Assembly (NCBI GenBank): GCA_050248855.1
Contig: JBFWRP010000006.1
Span: 32,001-96,000 of the forward strand
Direction of reading: 5' to 3'
DNA from: Planctomycetota bacterium
GTDB taxonomy: Bacteria > Planctomycetota > PLA2 > JAEUHO01
Length of the DNA: 64,000 nucleotides
The notes under the pieces were generated by a model. The model worked only from the letters and a program-made list of their open reading frames with translations. It was not told where the DNA came from and searched no databases. Of the stretch, positions 1 through 10,533 are shown piece after piece (position 1 is the stretch's first letter; each line of letters begins with the position of its first letter). The position numbers were made by a program, and so were the translations under genes.

Positions 1-735
1 GTCGGTGATGCCGGCGACATCGTCCTCGGCGCCGTTCGGGTTCCAGGGGAACGGGGCCGGGTGCGCCCCGTCCGGCGCGACGTAGCGCAGCGCGACGAGA
101 TCGCGATCCACCATCGCCTGGCGGACGGCGGGGTCGCGTGTGACGAAGCGCCCTTCCGCGTGCGCGACGGGTACGTGCAACCGATCGCCGGGCCGCACGA
201 ACACGCAGTGCTTGGACGTGGCTTCGAGCGTCACCCAGCGATCCTCGTAGCGGTTCTGCGCGTTGGACGCCAGGGCGACCAAGCGGTCTTCCCCGCTCTC
301 GTCATCCCAGCCGGGCAAGAGCCCCGTGCGCACGAGGACCTGGAAGCCGTTGCAGATGCCGAGCACGATGCCGCCGCGGTCCACGAGACGCTTGAGGGGC
401 TCGCCCAGCTTGGTGCGCAGCATCGTGCCGAGCACCGCGCCGGCGCCGAGGTCGTCGCCGTAGGAGAAGCCGCCGGGCAGCACGAGGCCATCGACACCCT
501 CCAGCTGCCGCGGAGAGGCGAGCAACGCGTTCACATGCACGGCCGTCGTCGTGGCGCCGGCCTGCTCGAAGGCGTAGGCCGTCTCGCGGTCGCAGTTGGT
601 GCCGGGTGCGCGAAGCACGAGCACATGGGGCGTGCGCTTGCCGCGTCCGGTCCGCTTCGGGGCCGGCTTGGTGCGCGGCTTGGAGCGGGCCTTCTTCGGC
701 TGGGTGGCCGTCGCGGTCTTGGGCTTGGCGCTCAT
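1..735 (-). CDS. purQ: Phosphoribosylformylglycinamidine synthase glutaminase subunit (runs off window edge)
   Basis: ATG at 735 overlaps the purL stop (TCAT). Minus-strand translation gives VLVLRAPGTNCDRETAYAF, LPGGFSYGDD, LGICNGFQVL and NPNG motifs, with a Lys-rich N-terminal extension. Confidence 0.93.
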   Translation of the reverse strand, partial: MSAKPKTATATQPKKARSKPRTKPAPKRTGRGKRTPHVLVLRAPGTNCDRETAYAFEQAGATTTAVHVNALLASPRQLEGVDGLVLPGGFSYGDDLGAGAVLGTMLRTKLGEPLKRLVDRGGIVLGICNGFQVLVRTGLLPGWDDESGEDRLVALASNAQNRYEDRWVTLEATSKHCVFVRPGDRLHVPVAHAEGRFVTRDPAVRQAMVDRDLVALRYVAPDGAHPAPFPWNPNGAEDDVAGITD

Positions 736-3716
736 CGCTTGCCTCCGCGGCGTCCCGAGCGGCCGCCTGCCTGCTTCGCCTCGTCCGTCGGCAAAGCTTC
801 GCGCCACGCATGCCGCAGCTTCCCGGCGTCGAGCTCGATCCGGGTCGTCGTGCCCCCGTCGCTTGTGCGACCGGTCACGACGAGCGAGGCCGACTTGGTG
901 ACCTTGCCGACCCGGGCCGCCGCGATGCCGGCGCGCTTCAACGCCGCCAGGGCCTCGCTCGCGTGCGCGGGCGAGACCTCGAGCAGGAAGCGCGTGGCGC
1001 TCTCGGAGAACAGGCGTACGTCGTCGTCGGCCGCAGGGCCGGGCACCTTGGCGAGTTCGAGCGTGGCGCCGAGGTCGGAGCCGATCACCATCTCCGCGGC
1101 CGCGACGGCCAGGCCGCCCTCGGCGAGGTCGTGCGCCGCGCGCACGTAGCCCTGGCGGATCAACCGGGCCACCGTCGCGAGCGCGCGCGGGGCGCCGGGC
1201 CGGACGATCGGCACGTTCTGGCCCAGCTCGCCGCGCAAGCGGTACCAGTGCGAGCCGCCCAGCTCGTCGTGCGTGGCACCGACGAGCAACAGCGCGTCGC
1301 CGGCGCGCTTGAGGTCGCTCGTGACGGTGCGGCGCACGTCACCGATCACGCCGATGGCGCTGACGAGCAGCGTGGGCGGCACCACGATCAGGCGACCGTC
1401 GTCCGTACGGAACTCGTTGTTGAGCGAGTCCTTGCCCGAGATGAACGGCGTGCGGTAGAGCAGCGCGGCGTCGCGGCAGCCTTCCGCCGCGCGCACCAGC
1501 GCGCCCAGCGTCTCCGGTCGACTGCAGCGGCCCCAGGTGAAGTTGTCGAGCACGGCGATGCGCTTGGGTTCCGCGCCCACGGCGACCGCGTTGCGCAGCG
1601 CCTCGTCGACGGCCAGCATGGCCATCTGGTAGGGATCCAGGCGCCCGTAGGCGGGGTTGATGCCATTGGCCAGTACGAGCCCCTTGCGGGAGCCGAGCAC
1701 CGGCGCGATCACGGCGGCGTCGGCCGGGCCGTGGTGGGGGCCCGTGAAGGCGCGCACGACGGCGCCCGCCTGCACCTCGTGGTCGTACTGGCGAACCACC
1801 CACTCCTTGCTGCCGATCTGCGGCATGCCCAGCAGCTGGAGCACGTCCTTGTCGTAGCGCGTCTTCGCCCGACGGCGCGGCTCGCGCGTGGTGGGGGGCA
1901 CGTAGGAGGCTGCGCGCTCGGGCCGCGGCAAGCCGTCGTGCAGGAACTCCATCTCCAGGTCCGCCAGCTGCGTGGCGCCGTGCTTGACCACCAAGCGGCG
2001 GTCGTCGGTGAAGTGGCCGAGCACCACGGCCTCGACGTCCTCCGAGGCGCAGAGCGCGAGGAACGCCTCCACGTGCTGGGGCGGCACGGCGGCGACCATG
2101 CGCTCCTGCGCCTCGCTGATCCAGATCTCGTAGGGCAGGAGACCGGGGTACTTGAGCGGCGCGGCGGCCAGATCCACCTCGGCGCCCGTGGCTTCGCCCA
2201 TCTCGCCGACGGCGCTCGAGAACCCGCCGGCGCCGCAGTCGGTGACGGCGGTGAACCAGCCCGCGTCGCGGCCCTGCAGCAGCACGTCGAGCACCTTCTT
2301 CTCCGTGATCGGGTCGCCGATCTGGACGGCACCCGAGGAGACGGTCTCGCTCTCGCTGGTCAGCTCGACGCTGGAGAAGGTGGCGCCGTGGATGCCGTCG
2401 CGGCCGGTCCGACCGCCGAACGCCACGATGGCGTCACCGGGTCGTGCGGCCTTTTCCACGTAGGCCTTGGGCAGGAGGCCGACGCAGCCTGCGTACACGA
2501 CGGGGTTGCCCACGTAGTCGGGGTCGAAGCAGATCGCCCCGTTCACGGTGGGGATGCCCATGCGGTTGCCGTAGTCGCGCACGCCCGCGACCACGCCCTT
2601 GAGCAGGCGTGCCGGATGCAAGCAGCCGCGCGGCACGTCCTCCTCGGGCGTGCGCGGGTCGCCGAAGCAGAAGACGTCCGTGTTGGCCACGGGGCGCGCA
2701 CCCAGGCCCGTGCCCAGGATGTCGCGGATGACGCCGCCGATGCCCGTGCCGGCCCCGCCGTACGGCTCGATGGCGCTCGGGTGGTTGTGCGTCTCCACCT
2801 TCATGCAGGCGCCGAGGTCCCCGTCGAACTCGATGACGCCCGCGTTGTCCTTGAACACCGACCAGCACCACGCCTTGTCCAGGCGTCGCGTGGCATCGAA
2901 GATCGTCTCCTTGAGCAGGTTGCGGTAGACGCGCTCGCCCTCGCCGTCGCGCATGCGCACCGCGCCGGCCAGCGTCTTGTGCTTGCAGTGCTCGCTCCAC
3001 GTCTGGGCCAGGGTCTCGAGCTCGACGTCGGTGGGCTCGCGGCGCAGCATGCGGAAGTGCGCCTGGATCGTCTGCATCTCCTCGAGCGAGAGCGACAGGC
3101 CCATCTCGCCGGAGAGCCGTTCGAGCGCGGCATCGTCCACGCGGCGCAGCTTGATCGTGCGGCGGCGAACGGGCGCGCGCTGGGGCGACGGAAACGCGTG
3201 CGTCGTCGGCCGGCCCGCGACCACGTCCTCGATCACGTCGTTGCCCAGCGCCCGGCGGGCGGCGGCCACGACCTGCGCGTCGGAGGCGGTTGTCGTGACG
3301 AGGAAGGTCCGCGACGCGTGGACCTCGGCGACGTCGATGCCCAGCGCATGCAGCGCCACGCGCGCGCTCTCCGCTTCCGGCTGCGTCACGCCCGGTCGAC
3401 GGGCGATGGTGACCTCGACGCGCCGTGCGCCGCCTGCAGACGGGATGTCCAGCGCCGTGTCGATCGCGAACACGTCGAGCACGGGGTTGGACAGCACGCC
3501 GCGGGCCGCGCGCTCGAGCGTGGATGCGTCGTGGGCGCCGGGGAGGAACCACGACCTGAGGACGCGCACGTCCGTGACGCCGGCAAGACCCACGCCCCCC
3601 AGGGCCAGCGCGGCTTCGTGGCCGGCGGGGTCCAACTCGCCGGGACGCACGGCGATCTCGATGCGGTGGACGGCGGCAGGTGGGCGCCGACGGGCGGCCG
3701 GAGAGCGCGAGGCCAT
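732..3716 (-). CDS. purL: Phosphoribosylformylglycinamidine synthase PurL with N-terminal PurS-like domains
   Basis: AQTWSEHCKHK, KVETHNHPSAIEPYGGAGTGIGG, TGRDGIHGA, DCGAGG, SEAQERM and ISGKDSLNN motifs. Start placed at MASRS (GGAG upstream) within ORF 732..4007. Confidence 0.95.
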   Translation of the reverse strand: MASRSPAARRRPPAAVHRIEIAVRPGELDPAGHEAALALGGVGLAGVTDVRVLRSWFLPGAHDASTLERAARGVLSNPVLDVFAIDTALDIPSAGGARRVEVTIARRPGVTQPEAESARVALHALGIDVAEVHASRTFLVTTTASDAQVVAAARRALGNDVIEDVVAGRPTTHAFPSPQRAPVRRRTIKLRRVDDAALERLSGEMGLSLSLEEMQTIQAHFRMLRREPTDVELETLAQTWSEHCKHKTLAGAVRMRDGEGERVYRNLLKETIFDATRRLDKAWCWSVFKDNAGVIEFDGDLGACMKVETHNHPSAIEPYGGAGTGIGGVIRDILGTGLGARPVANTDVFCFGDPRTPEEDVPRGCLHPARLLKGVVAGVRDYGNRMGIPTVNGAICFDPDYVGNPVVYAGCVGLLPKAYVEKAARPGDAIVAFGGRTGRDGIHGATFSSVELTSESETVSSGAVQIGDPITEKKVLDVLLQGRDAGWFTAVTDCGAGGFSSAVGEMGEATGAEVDLAAAPLKYPGLLPYEIWISEAQERMVAAVPPQHVEAFLALCASEDVEAVVLGHFTDDRRLVVKHGATQLADLEMEFLHDGLPRPERAASYVPPTTREPRRRAKTRYDKDVLQLLGMPQIGSKEWVVRQYDHEVQAGAVVRAFTGPHHGPADAAVIAPVLGSRKGLVLANGINPAYGRLDPYQMAMLAVDEALRNAVAVGAEPKRIAVLDNFTWGRCSRPETLGALVRAAEGCRDAALLYRTPFISGKDSLNNEFRTDDGRLIVVPPTLLVSAIGVIGDVRRTVTSDLKRAGDALLLVGATHDELGGSHWYRLRGELGQNVPIVRPGAPRALATVARLIRQGYVRAAHDLAEGGLAVAAAEMVIGSDLGATLELAKVPGPAADDDVRLFSESATRFLLEVSPAHASEALAALKRAGIAAARVGKVTKSASLVVTGRTSDGGTTTRIELDAGKLRHAWREALPTDEAKQAGGRSGRRGGKR

Positions 3717-4108
3717 GGGGAGCTCCGGGGGACCAGGGCCTCGCGCACGGGCGCGGCCACCGGGGCGGCCCATGGTGCCCTGGCCCCCTCCCGGCGCCTG
3801 GGTTCCGGGCTTCATCGCGCGATGAGGCGTGCTTATCCGCGGCCGCGGCGGCGCCGGCCCGGGCCCCTGGGCCCCCCGGGCAGGAGAGGCCGCCCGGCCG
3901 CTCCCGCGGGGTACACTCGCCCGCCGGGGCGCGGACGCGCTCCTTCCCGGCGACGCATGGGCACGGTTCGGGTGGACGGGGTCCGCCGACACCGTCGGTT
4001 CTTCCACGGCAGGACGTTTCTTGAAGGGACGGGCCCGGCGGGCCCGCGCGCGATCCCCACGGTGGGGGCGCGGCGGGTCGGACCAGGCCCCCTGACGGGA
4101 TGGGCAGC

Positions 4109-5116
4109 ATGACGAAAGTCCGTTCCGATGAGGTCGATCGGGAGAAGCGCCGCGAGCTGGCGGCGGCCTTGCCCTTCGAGCGCCCCATCCTCGAGCTCGA
4201 GCGACGCATCGAAGAGCTCAAGGTCCTGCCCGACGTCTCCCTCAACGGCGAGCTCAAGCCGCTGGAGCAGAAGCGGGACCGCCTCCTGGACGAGGTGTTC
4301 GGTCGCCTGACGCCCTGGGACGTGGTGCAGGTGGCCCGCCACCCGCAGCGCCCGCAGTTCTCCGACTACATGCGCGGCATGTGCCAAGACATCGTCCCGC
4401 TCTACGGCGACCGGCTGTTCGGCGAGGACAAGGCCATCATGACGGCCCTGGCCACGCTGGGCTCGCACCGCATCCTGCTCGTCGGGCACCGCAAGGGCCA
4501 GGAGACCCAGGAGCGCCTGGCCTGCAACTTCGGCTGTGCGCACCCCGAGGGCTACCGCAAGGCCCTGGCCAAGATGCGCCTCGCCGAGCGCTTCGGCCTG
4601 CCCATCGTCACGCTCATCAACACGCCCGGCGCCTACCCCGGCGTCGCGGCCGAGGAACGTGGCCAGGCCTGGGCCATCGCCGAGAACATCCTCGAGATGT
4701 CGCGCTTGAAGGTGCCCACGATCTGCGTGGTCATCGGCGAGGGTGGCAGCGGCGGGGCGTTGGGCATCGGCGTGGGCGACCGCGTGCTGATGCTGCGCTA
4801 CGCCTACTACTCGGTGATCTCGCCCGAGGGCTGCGCCGCCATCCTCTGGAAGGACGGCGCGCGCGCGGCCGACGCGGCCAAGGCGCTGCGGCTCACCAGC
4901 CAGGACCTGCATCGGCTCAAGATCGTGGACGAGATCGTCCCCGAGCCGCGCGGGGCCGCGCACCGCGATCCGGCCACGATGATCGCCACGATGAAGGAAA
5001 CGCTGCTTCGTCATCTGGACGAGCTGGTGGCGATGGACCCGGACGAGCGCATGGCGGCTCGCTACGACCGGCTCCGCCGCCTGGGCAACGACGTGGAGCC
5101 CCTGCCGCCGGCGTGA
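4109..5116 (+). CDS. accA: Acetyl-CoA carboxylase carboxyltransferase alpha subunit
   Basis: ARHPQRP, NFGCAHPEGYRKA, TPGAYPG, GEGGSGGALG and SVISPEGCAAILWK. Alternative start at 4100. Confidence 0.96.
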   Translation: MTKVRSDEVDREKRRELAAALPFERPILELERRIEELKVLPDVSLNGELKPLEQKRDRLLDEVFGRLTPWDVVQVARHPQRPQFSDYMRGMCQDIVPLYGDRLFGEDKAIMTALATLGSHRILLVGHRKGQETQERLACNFGCAHPEGYRKALAKMRLAERFGLPIVTLINTPGAYPGVAAEERGQAWAIAENILEMSRLKVPTICVVIGEGGSGGALGIGVGDRVLMLRYAYYSVISPEGCAAILWKDGARAADAAKALRLTSQDLHRLKIVDEIVPEPRGAAHRDPATMIATMKETLLRHLDELVAMDPDERMAARYDRLRRLGNDVEPLPPA

Positions 5117-5125
5117 GGTAGCCCC

Positions 5126-5869
5126 GTGGTCCGACTCGCTCCCGTGGCTCGTCACCGCTGGTTGGTCGTGGCAGGCGTGTTCGCGCTCGTAGCGGCGGGC
5201 GTGCGTCCCCTCCGGGCCGACGATCCCCCCGCACCCTCGGCCCCCGCCCCGGCACCGCCCGCCGAGGCCCCCGCGTCCCCCGAGGTCTGGCGCGTGGAGC
5301 GCGACGGCGCCGTGATGGAGCTCCCCGTCGGCAACCTGTCGGAGCCCGTGCGCGAGGTGCTTCGCATGCGGTTGACGCAGCAGGGCTGGAAGCTTCTCGG
5401 CCCCGACACGCCGGCTCCGCCGAGCCCCCCGCCCACGGCGGTGCCCCCGACTCCGTCGGTGATCCGCGTGCCCACGCCGCGCGACCCGATCCCCGCCGAG
5501 CCCCCGAGCACGCTTCCTCCTCGAAAGCCTGCTCCGCTGCGCTTTGCCGGGGCCGCGCTCCTCTCGCCCGAGGGCGACGGCGCCGGTTGGCAGGTCGGCA
5601 GCGTCCCCACGACCAGCCTCGCCTACGCGCTCGGCTTGCGCTTTGGCGACCGCCTGCTCGCCGTGAACGGCGCGGCCACCCGCGATGCCCTGGTGGCTGG
5701 GGTCTCGGGCCTTCGGCGTGGCAGCCAACTCACGCTTCTCGTGGCGCGTAGGGAGGGCGGTGTCGACACGATCGAGGTCGAGCCGCTCGCTCCGTCCGCC
5801 TCCGAGCCGCGGGCCCGACGCCGGGCCCGGGCGCCGCGCGAGGCCGACCCTCAGGAGAGTTCCCGATGA
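5126..5869 (+). CDS. Exported Pro-rich protein with C-terminal PDZ-like domain
   Basis: Signal-peptide-like N-terminus, Pro-rich linkers and a PDZ-like segment SLAYALGLRFGDRLLAVNG...LLVARREG. Confidence 0.65.
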   Translation: MVRLAPVARHRWLVVAGVFALVAAGVRPLRADDPPAPSAPAPAPPAEAPASPEVWRVERDGAVMELPVGNLSEPVREVLRMRLTQQGWKLLGPDTPAPPSPPPTAVPPTPSVIRVPTPRDPIPAEPPSTLPPRKPAPLRFAGAALLSPEGDGAGWQVGSVPTTSLAYALGLRFGDRLLAVNGAATRDALVAGVSGLRRGSQLTLLVARREGGVDTIEVEPLAPSASEPRARRRARAPREADPQESSR

Positions 5870-7329
5870 ACACATCCCACCGCTTGCCGCTGGCGGCGCT
5901 CGCCCTGCTCGCGCTCGCCGGCACCACGTGGTTCGGCGTGGCCCGGGCCGACGACCCGGCGCCTGCGGCCGATGCCGCCACGATCGACGGCCTGATCGCC
6001 AAGCTGGGAGCACCGGGCTTCGACGAGCGCGCCGCCGCGAGCCGCGAGCTCGAGCGCCTCGGCCGCGCGGCCGAGCCGGCGCTGCGCAGGGCGCTCGACG
6101 CCAGCAAGGACCCGGAGGTCCGCTGGCGCCTGGAGCAGCTGCTGCTGCGGCTGGAGGGCACGGGCACCCGCGCGCTGGACGGTAGCCGCCCCGACGCGAA
6201 GAAGCCGCGCCCCGACGTGCGGCCCGGCCAGCCCGTACCGGACGGCAACGCCCCCGGTGCGAACGACGATCCGCTCGCGCCGCGAGGCGACGAGGACCTC
6301 GGCTCCGACATGGACCGCATCGAGCGGATCATGCGCGACCTCGAGGAGCGCATGACCCGGCGTCTGCGTGGATGGCAGGACCTGGGTGGGCAGGAGCCGT
6401 CCGCGCCGCGTGGCTCGCCCTTCGGGCCGGGCCTCGGTGGATGGCCTCGCCTGGATCCGTTCGGCGGCCTCGGCGCCCGCACGATCGAGGTCCCGGGCCT
6501 CACGCTGTCCACGGACGGCATGGGCCCCGTGACCCTACGCATCCAGCGCGAGGACGGCCCCGTGGCCGACCGCAACCTCACCTACCGCGGCTGGAGCCTC
6601 GAGGACATCCTCGCGGAGCACCCCGAGCTCGAGAAGGTCCCGCACATGGACGAGCTCAAGGCCAAGGTCGCCGCCGAGCCCATGGGTCCGCACGCCATGC
6701 TGCGTCGCCTCATGCGCCCCGATGGCTCCGGCTCGATGGGCTTCGGCATCGAGTTCGGCAAGGGCCTTGGCGGCTCGGGCCTGGGCACCACGATCATCCA
6801 GGACGGTCGCGGCGTGAAGGTCGTCGTGCGCCGCCAGAACGAGAACGGCGAGATCGAGGAGAAGACCTACGAGGGCACCGACCTCGAGGCCTTGAAGGCC
6901 GCGCATCCCGAGCTGGCCGAAGCGCTGGGCGGCATGCGCTTCGAGATCCGCGGGCCCCGCTTCTTCTGGGGCGACCGCGACGGCGGGCCGCGCGAGGGCC
7001 TCGAGCCGCTGCGCCGCGATCCGCCCGTGACCGCGCCCTCGACGCCTGCGCCGGCTTCGTTCGGCGTCATCGTGGGCCCGCTCGGCGAGGGCCTCGCCAC
7101 GCAGCTGCGCTTGGCCGAGGGCGTCGGTGCGCTGGTGCACGAAGTCGTCCCGGGCTCGCCCGCCGCCGCGCTCGGCGTCAAGCGCTACGACGTGATCGTC
7201 GCCGTCGACGGCCAGACCCTGCACGGTCCCGGCGACGCCCCGACGCTCCTGGCCCCCAAGGCCGATCCCTCGCTCCCCCTCGAGCTCCTCATCGTCCGCG
7301 GCGGCGAGCAGATCACGCTGAAGCGCTGA
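5866..7329 (+). CDS. Exported protein with HEAT-like N-terminal repeat and C-terminal PDZ domain
   Basis: Signal peptide, LGAPGFDERAAASRELERLG...DPEVR (HEAT-like) and PDZ segment EVVPGSPAAALGVKRYDVIVAVDG. Confidence 0.8.
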   Translation: MNTSHRLPLAALALLALAGTTWFGVARADDPAPAADAATIDGLIAKLGAPGFDERAAASRELERLGRAAEPALRRALDASKDPEVRWRLEQLLLRLEGTGTRALDGSRPDAKKPRPDVRPGQPVPDGNAPGANDDPLAPRGDEDLGSDMDRIERIMRDLEERMTRRLRGWQDLGGQEPSAPRGSPFGPGLGGWPRLDPFGGLGARTIEVPGLTLSTDGMGPVTLRIQREDGPVADRNLTYRGWSLEDILAEHPELEKVPHMDELKAKVAAEPMGPHAMLRRLMRPDGSGSMGFGIEFGKGLGGSGLGTTIIQDGRGVKVVVRRQNENGEIEEKTYEGTDLEALKAAHPELAEALGGMRFEIRGPRFFWGDRDGGPREGLEPLRRDPPVTAPSTPAPASFGVIVGPLGEGLATQLRLAEGVGALVHEVVPGSPAAALGVKRYDVIVAVDGQTLHGPGDAPTLLAPKADPSLPLELLIVRGGEQITLKR

Positions 7330-7330
7330 C
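7280..7330 (+). repeat. Left copy of island-bounding direct repeat (3' end of PDZ gene)
   Basis: 45/51 nt identical to 47841-47891; encodes ELLIVRGGEQITLKR*. Confidence 0.85.
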
Positions 7331-7417
7331 GGATCTCCGTCGGGCGCCACGGGTGTCGGATCCCGTGCCGCGGGCATTCATCCGTGGTGCGTGGCTCGGG
7401 TTGTATCGTGGAACCGC

Positions 7418-8041
7418 ATGTTGCACGCGGTGCCTGATGCCCCCGGGGTCGAGCTCCTGACCGCGATCTTGGACCGGGCGGCGGCGAAGCACCGGCACCT
7501 CTGTCCACGCCAGGTTCTCGGCGCGCGCATGGCGCTCGCGGGTGCGGCCGCGCTGGGCCTGGAGGTGCCGCGCGACGACAAGCGCCTGCTCGCCATCACC
7601 GAGACCGACGGGTGCTTCGTGACGGCCCTGGAAGAAGCCGCGGGCGTCCGGGTCGGCGCCCGCACGCTACGGGTCGTCGATGTGGGCAAGGTCGCAGTCA
7701 CCTTCGCGGACATCCAGACCGAGCTGGCCGTGCGCGTGTCCCCGGCAGCAGGCGTGCGCACGACGTCACTCGAGCTCGCCGACGCGGGGGAGACGCGGAG
7801 GTGGCACGCGATGCTGCAGGGCTACGGCCGCATGCCCACCAGCCAGCTGCTGGACGTCCGGCGCGTGCGTCTCTCGCCGGCTGCGGCGTGGTTGCACGGT
7901 CGTCCCCATGTCCGCGTTGCCTGTACGTCCTGCGCCGAGGAGGTCGTCAACGGGCGCGAAGTCGAGGGCCCGCGGGGACCGCTCTGTCTGCCTTGCGCAG
8001 GGACGAGCTACTACGAGGACGTTTCGCCGAAGGGCTCGTGA
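7418..8041 (+). CDS. FmdE-family protein with C-terminal zinc finger
   Basis: HRHLCPRQVLGARM, ETDGCF, DVGKVAVTF and C-terminal CTSC...CLPC. Confidence 0.85.
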   Translation: MLHAVPDAPGVELLTAILDRAAAKHRHLCPRQVLGARMALAGAAALGLEVPRDDKRLLAITETDGCFVTALEEAAGVRVGARTLRVVDVGKVAVTFADIQTELAVRVSPAAGVRTTSLELADAGETRRWHAMLQGYGRMPTSQLLDVRRVRLSPAAAWLHGRPHVRVACTSCAEEVVNGREVEGPRGPLCLPCAGTSYYEDVSPKGS

Positions 8042-8244
8042 TCGACGCCGCGCGGAGCCCATGAGGGCTCGGCGCTCGCGCCTCCGCCGAGAGCGGCTTC
8101 GCGACGTGATGCGTTCCGGGTGTTCGATCCAAGACCGAATCGGTCGGTGTGCCAAGCGTCGCGGCATCGGCGCGCGGCCCACTGTCCGCTGCACGACAGG
8201 AAGATGCCTGCTCCCTGCGCGTTGGCTCTTGCGGAGGGCTTGTC

Positions 8245-8826
8245 ATGTTCCCGACGGATGGGACCCTGGACCGACGCGGTGTCCTCGGTGCAGGCGCCGC
8301 TCTCGCCGCGGCACTCTGTTGTCGGCCGTGGCCGCTGCTTCGCCGCGCGGTTGCGGAGCCGACACCCGCGAGCGGCCCGCCTCGCCACATGGCGCTCGTC
8401 ACTTGGCAGGTGCTCGCCGCGGTCCAAGAGCTCTTGCTACCCCAAGACGACCTGGGCCCCGGAGCATCGACCGTCAACGCCCTCGGCTACTTGGACGCCG
8501 TCCTGGGCGAGCCGGGGCTCGAACCCGACGTCGCGCCGCGCCTGCAGTCAGGCGCCGAGCGTCTCGATCGCCTCTGCCGGCAGCACCACCGGCGGCCCTT
8601 CGTGGCGCTCGAGCCCGCCCTGCGCGAACGCGCCCTGCTGGAGCTGGACGGACAGCCCGAGGGGCGCGCGTGGATCACCGAGCTCCTCGGCTTCCTCCTC
8701 GAGGCACTGCTTGGCGATCCCGCGCGTGGTGCCAACCCCGACGAACTGGGCTGGAAGTGGCTGGGGTACGAACCGGCGCTTCCACGTCCTCCGCATGCGG
8801 GCTGGCGTCCTCGGGAGTCGTCATGA
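8245..8826 (+). CDS. Gluconate 2-dehydrogenase subunit 3-like protein (Tat-exported partner of GMC oxidoreductase)
   Basis: GGAGG RBS, twin-Arg DRRGVL, DLGPGA and DPARGANPDELGWKWLGY. Confidence 0.8.
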   Translation: MFPTDGTLDRRGVLGAGAALAAALCCRPWPLLRRAVAEPTPASGPPRHMALVTWQVLAAVQELLLPQDDLGPGASTVNALGYLDAVLGEPGLEPDVAPRLQSGAERLDRLCRQHHRRPFVALEPALRERALLELDGQPEGRAWITELLGFLLEALLGDPARGANPDELGWKWLGYEPALPRPPHAGWRPRESS

Positions 8827-10505
8827 GGGAAGAGACCGACGTCTGCGTCGTGGGTAGCGGCGCGGGAGGAGCTCCGGTCGCGGCGGCCGTTGCCGAGGCC
8901 GGGTACCGGGCGATCGTCCTGGAGAAGGGCCCGTACCTCGAGCGCGACCAGATGCCCAAGGACGAGATCCTCTTCGTCCGCAGGAGCACCCTGACGCCGT
9001 CCCTTGCCGAGGAGCCCCAGGTCCAGGAGTGGGGCGACGCCGCGGGACGCCGCTGGTGGGCCCGAACATCGGCGTTCCGCAACGCGTGCGTGGTGGGCGG
9101 CGCGACGCGGATCATGAGCGGTTTCTTCCTGCGCATGAAGGCGGACGACTTCCGGCTGCGCTCGGTCCATGGCCCCGTACCGGGAGCATCGGTCAGCGAC
9201 TGGCCTTGGGGCCTGTCCGAGCTGGAGCCGTGGTACGACCGGGTCGAACGTGTGGTCGGCGTGTCGGGTTGCGTCGCCGAGCTGCCGCCGGCGCTGGTCG
9301 ATCGACGGTCATCGGCCGCGTTCCCGCAGCCGCCGACGCTGGAGCACCCGCTCGCCGAGCACATCGACGACGTGCTGGGTGGACAGGGCCTTCACCCGTT
9401 CCCCTTGCCCCGTGCCGTGCTGAGCGAGCCTCGCGAAGGCCGGGACGCGTGCGAGTACCAAGGCTTCTGTGGCAGCTACGGATGCACGAGCGGCGCCAAG
9501 GGGAGCGCGTACGAGGCCTTCCTGCGTCCCGCGGAGCAGACGCGGCGCTGCACCGTGCGTGCGCGCGCACACGTCACGCACCTGGAGACCGACCGCCGCG
9601 GCATCGTGCGCCGCGCCTGGTGGCGCGACGCACGCAACGAGCTGCACAGCGTCGAAGCGAGCGTCTTCGTCGTCGCCTGTGGCGCGATCGAGTCGGCTCG
9701 CTTGCTGCTCGGGTCACGGGGCCCCCGGCATCCACACGGCTTGGCCAACGGGAGCGGGCAGGTCGGGCGGAACCTGCTGTTTTCCGCCGCGGGGGCGGCC
9801 ATCGGCGACATGGCCCACGAGGATCACCCGGACGTGGACCTGGGGTCCTGGGAGCCCTTCATCAACCGCGCGCTGCAGGACCACTACGTGCTGACGGGGC
9901 CCGACGGACGGGATCGACGCGGCGGCACGTTGGTGTTCCTGTTCGTCCACCCGCACCCCATCGGCAATGCGCTGGGGCACGCCCTGTCCGGTGGGGGGCG
10001 TCCCCTCTGGGGACGCGCCCTGAAGCAGCGCATCCTGGCTCATGCGAAGCAGGGGCGCCGACTGGAAGTCGAGGCGTTCGGGAACTGGCTTCCGCATCCC
10101 GGTGCGCGCGTCGTGCTCGACCCCGTGGTGCGCGATCACCACGGCCTCCCCGTGGCTCGCGTGACGGCGGACGTCCACCCCCACACCAAGCATGGCGCCG
10201 TGCGTCTGGCCGAGCTGGGCGCGAGCCACCTGCACGCATTGGGTGCCCGCGGCGTCCGCCTTCCGCCGACCAACGGAGGGCCGAGCACCAATCTCGTGGG
10301 CGGCACGTGTCGCGCGGGCGACGATCCCCGCATCTCGGTGTTGGACCGGGACTGTCGGGCCCACGAGGTCCGCAACCTGTTCGTGACGGACGGGAGCTTC
10401 ATGCCTTCGGGCGGCGCGGTCCCGTTCACCTTCACGATCTACGCCAACGCCATGCGCGTGGGGCAGCGCATCGTGGAGCAGCTCGGGGGTCCGCGGCCCG
10501 GGTAG
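8823..10505 (+). CDS. GMC-family FAD oxidoreductase
   Basis: VVGSGAGG FAD motif, CEYQGFCGSYGC Fe-S motif, GLANGSGQVGRNL and NLFVTDGSFMP; ATGA overlap with upstream gene. Confidence 0.9.
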   Translation: MREETDVCVVGSGAGGAPVAAAVAEAGYRAIVLEKGPYLERDQMPKDEILFVRRSTLTPSLAEEPQVQEWGDAAGRRWWARTSAFRNACVVGGATRIMSGFFLRMKADDFRLRSVHGPVPGASVSDWPWGLSELEPWYDRVERVVGVSGCVAELPPALVDRRSSAAFPQPPTLEHPLAEHIDDVLGGQGLHPFPLPRAVLSEPREGRDACEYQGFCGSYGCTSGAKGSAYEAFLRPAEQTRRCTVRARAHVTHLETDRRGIVRRAWWRDARNELHSVEASVFVVACGAIESARLLLGSRGPRHPHGLANGSGQVGRNLLFSAAGAAIGDMAHEDHPDVDLGSWEPFINRALQDHYVLTGPDGRDRRGGTLVFLFVHPHPIGNALGHALSGGGRPLWGRALKQRILAHAKQGRRLEVEAFGNWLPHPGARVVLDPVVRDHHGLPVARVTADVHPHTKHGAVRLAELGASHLHALGARGVRLPPTNGGPSTNLVGGTCRAGDDPRISVLDRDCRAHEVRNLFVTDGSFMPSGGAVPFTFTIYANAMRVGQRIVEQLGGPRPG

Positions 10506-10533
10506 GCAGACGCGGCCGCAGACCTCCTGGGGC

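Noticed and set aside
606..4112. 1168-aa plus-strand ORF and other long antisense ORFs (e.g. 19798-22647, 27597-30224, 35003-37465)
   Set aside because: Antisense shadows of well-supported genes in high-GC DNA, with no recognisable motifs.
7418..8041. FmdE as evidence of a methanogenesis/C1 pathway
   Set aside because: FmdE-family proteins are widespread and no other fmd/fwd genes are present.
7680..8822. Apparent long N-terminal extensions of the GMC ORF (and likewise of narK, narG, actB, fabH, addB, addA)
   Set aside because: ORF-caller extension to distant starts; true starts are marked by RBSs or stop/start overlaps.
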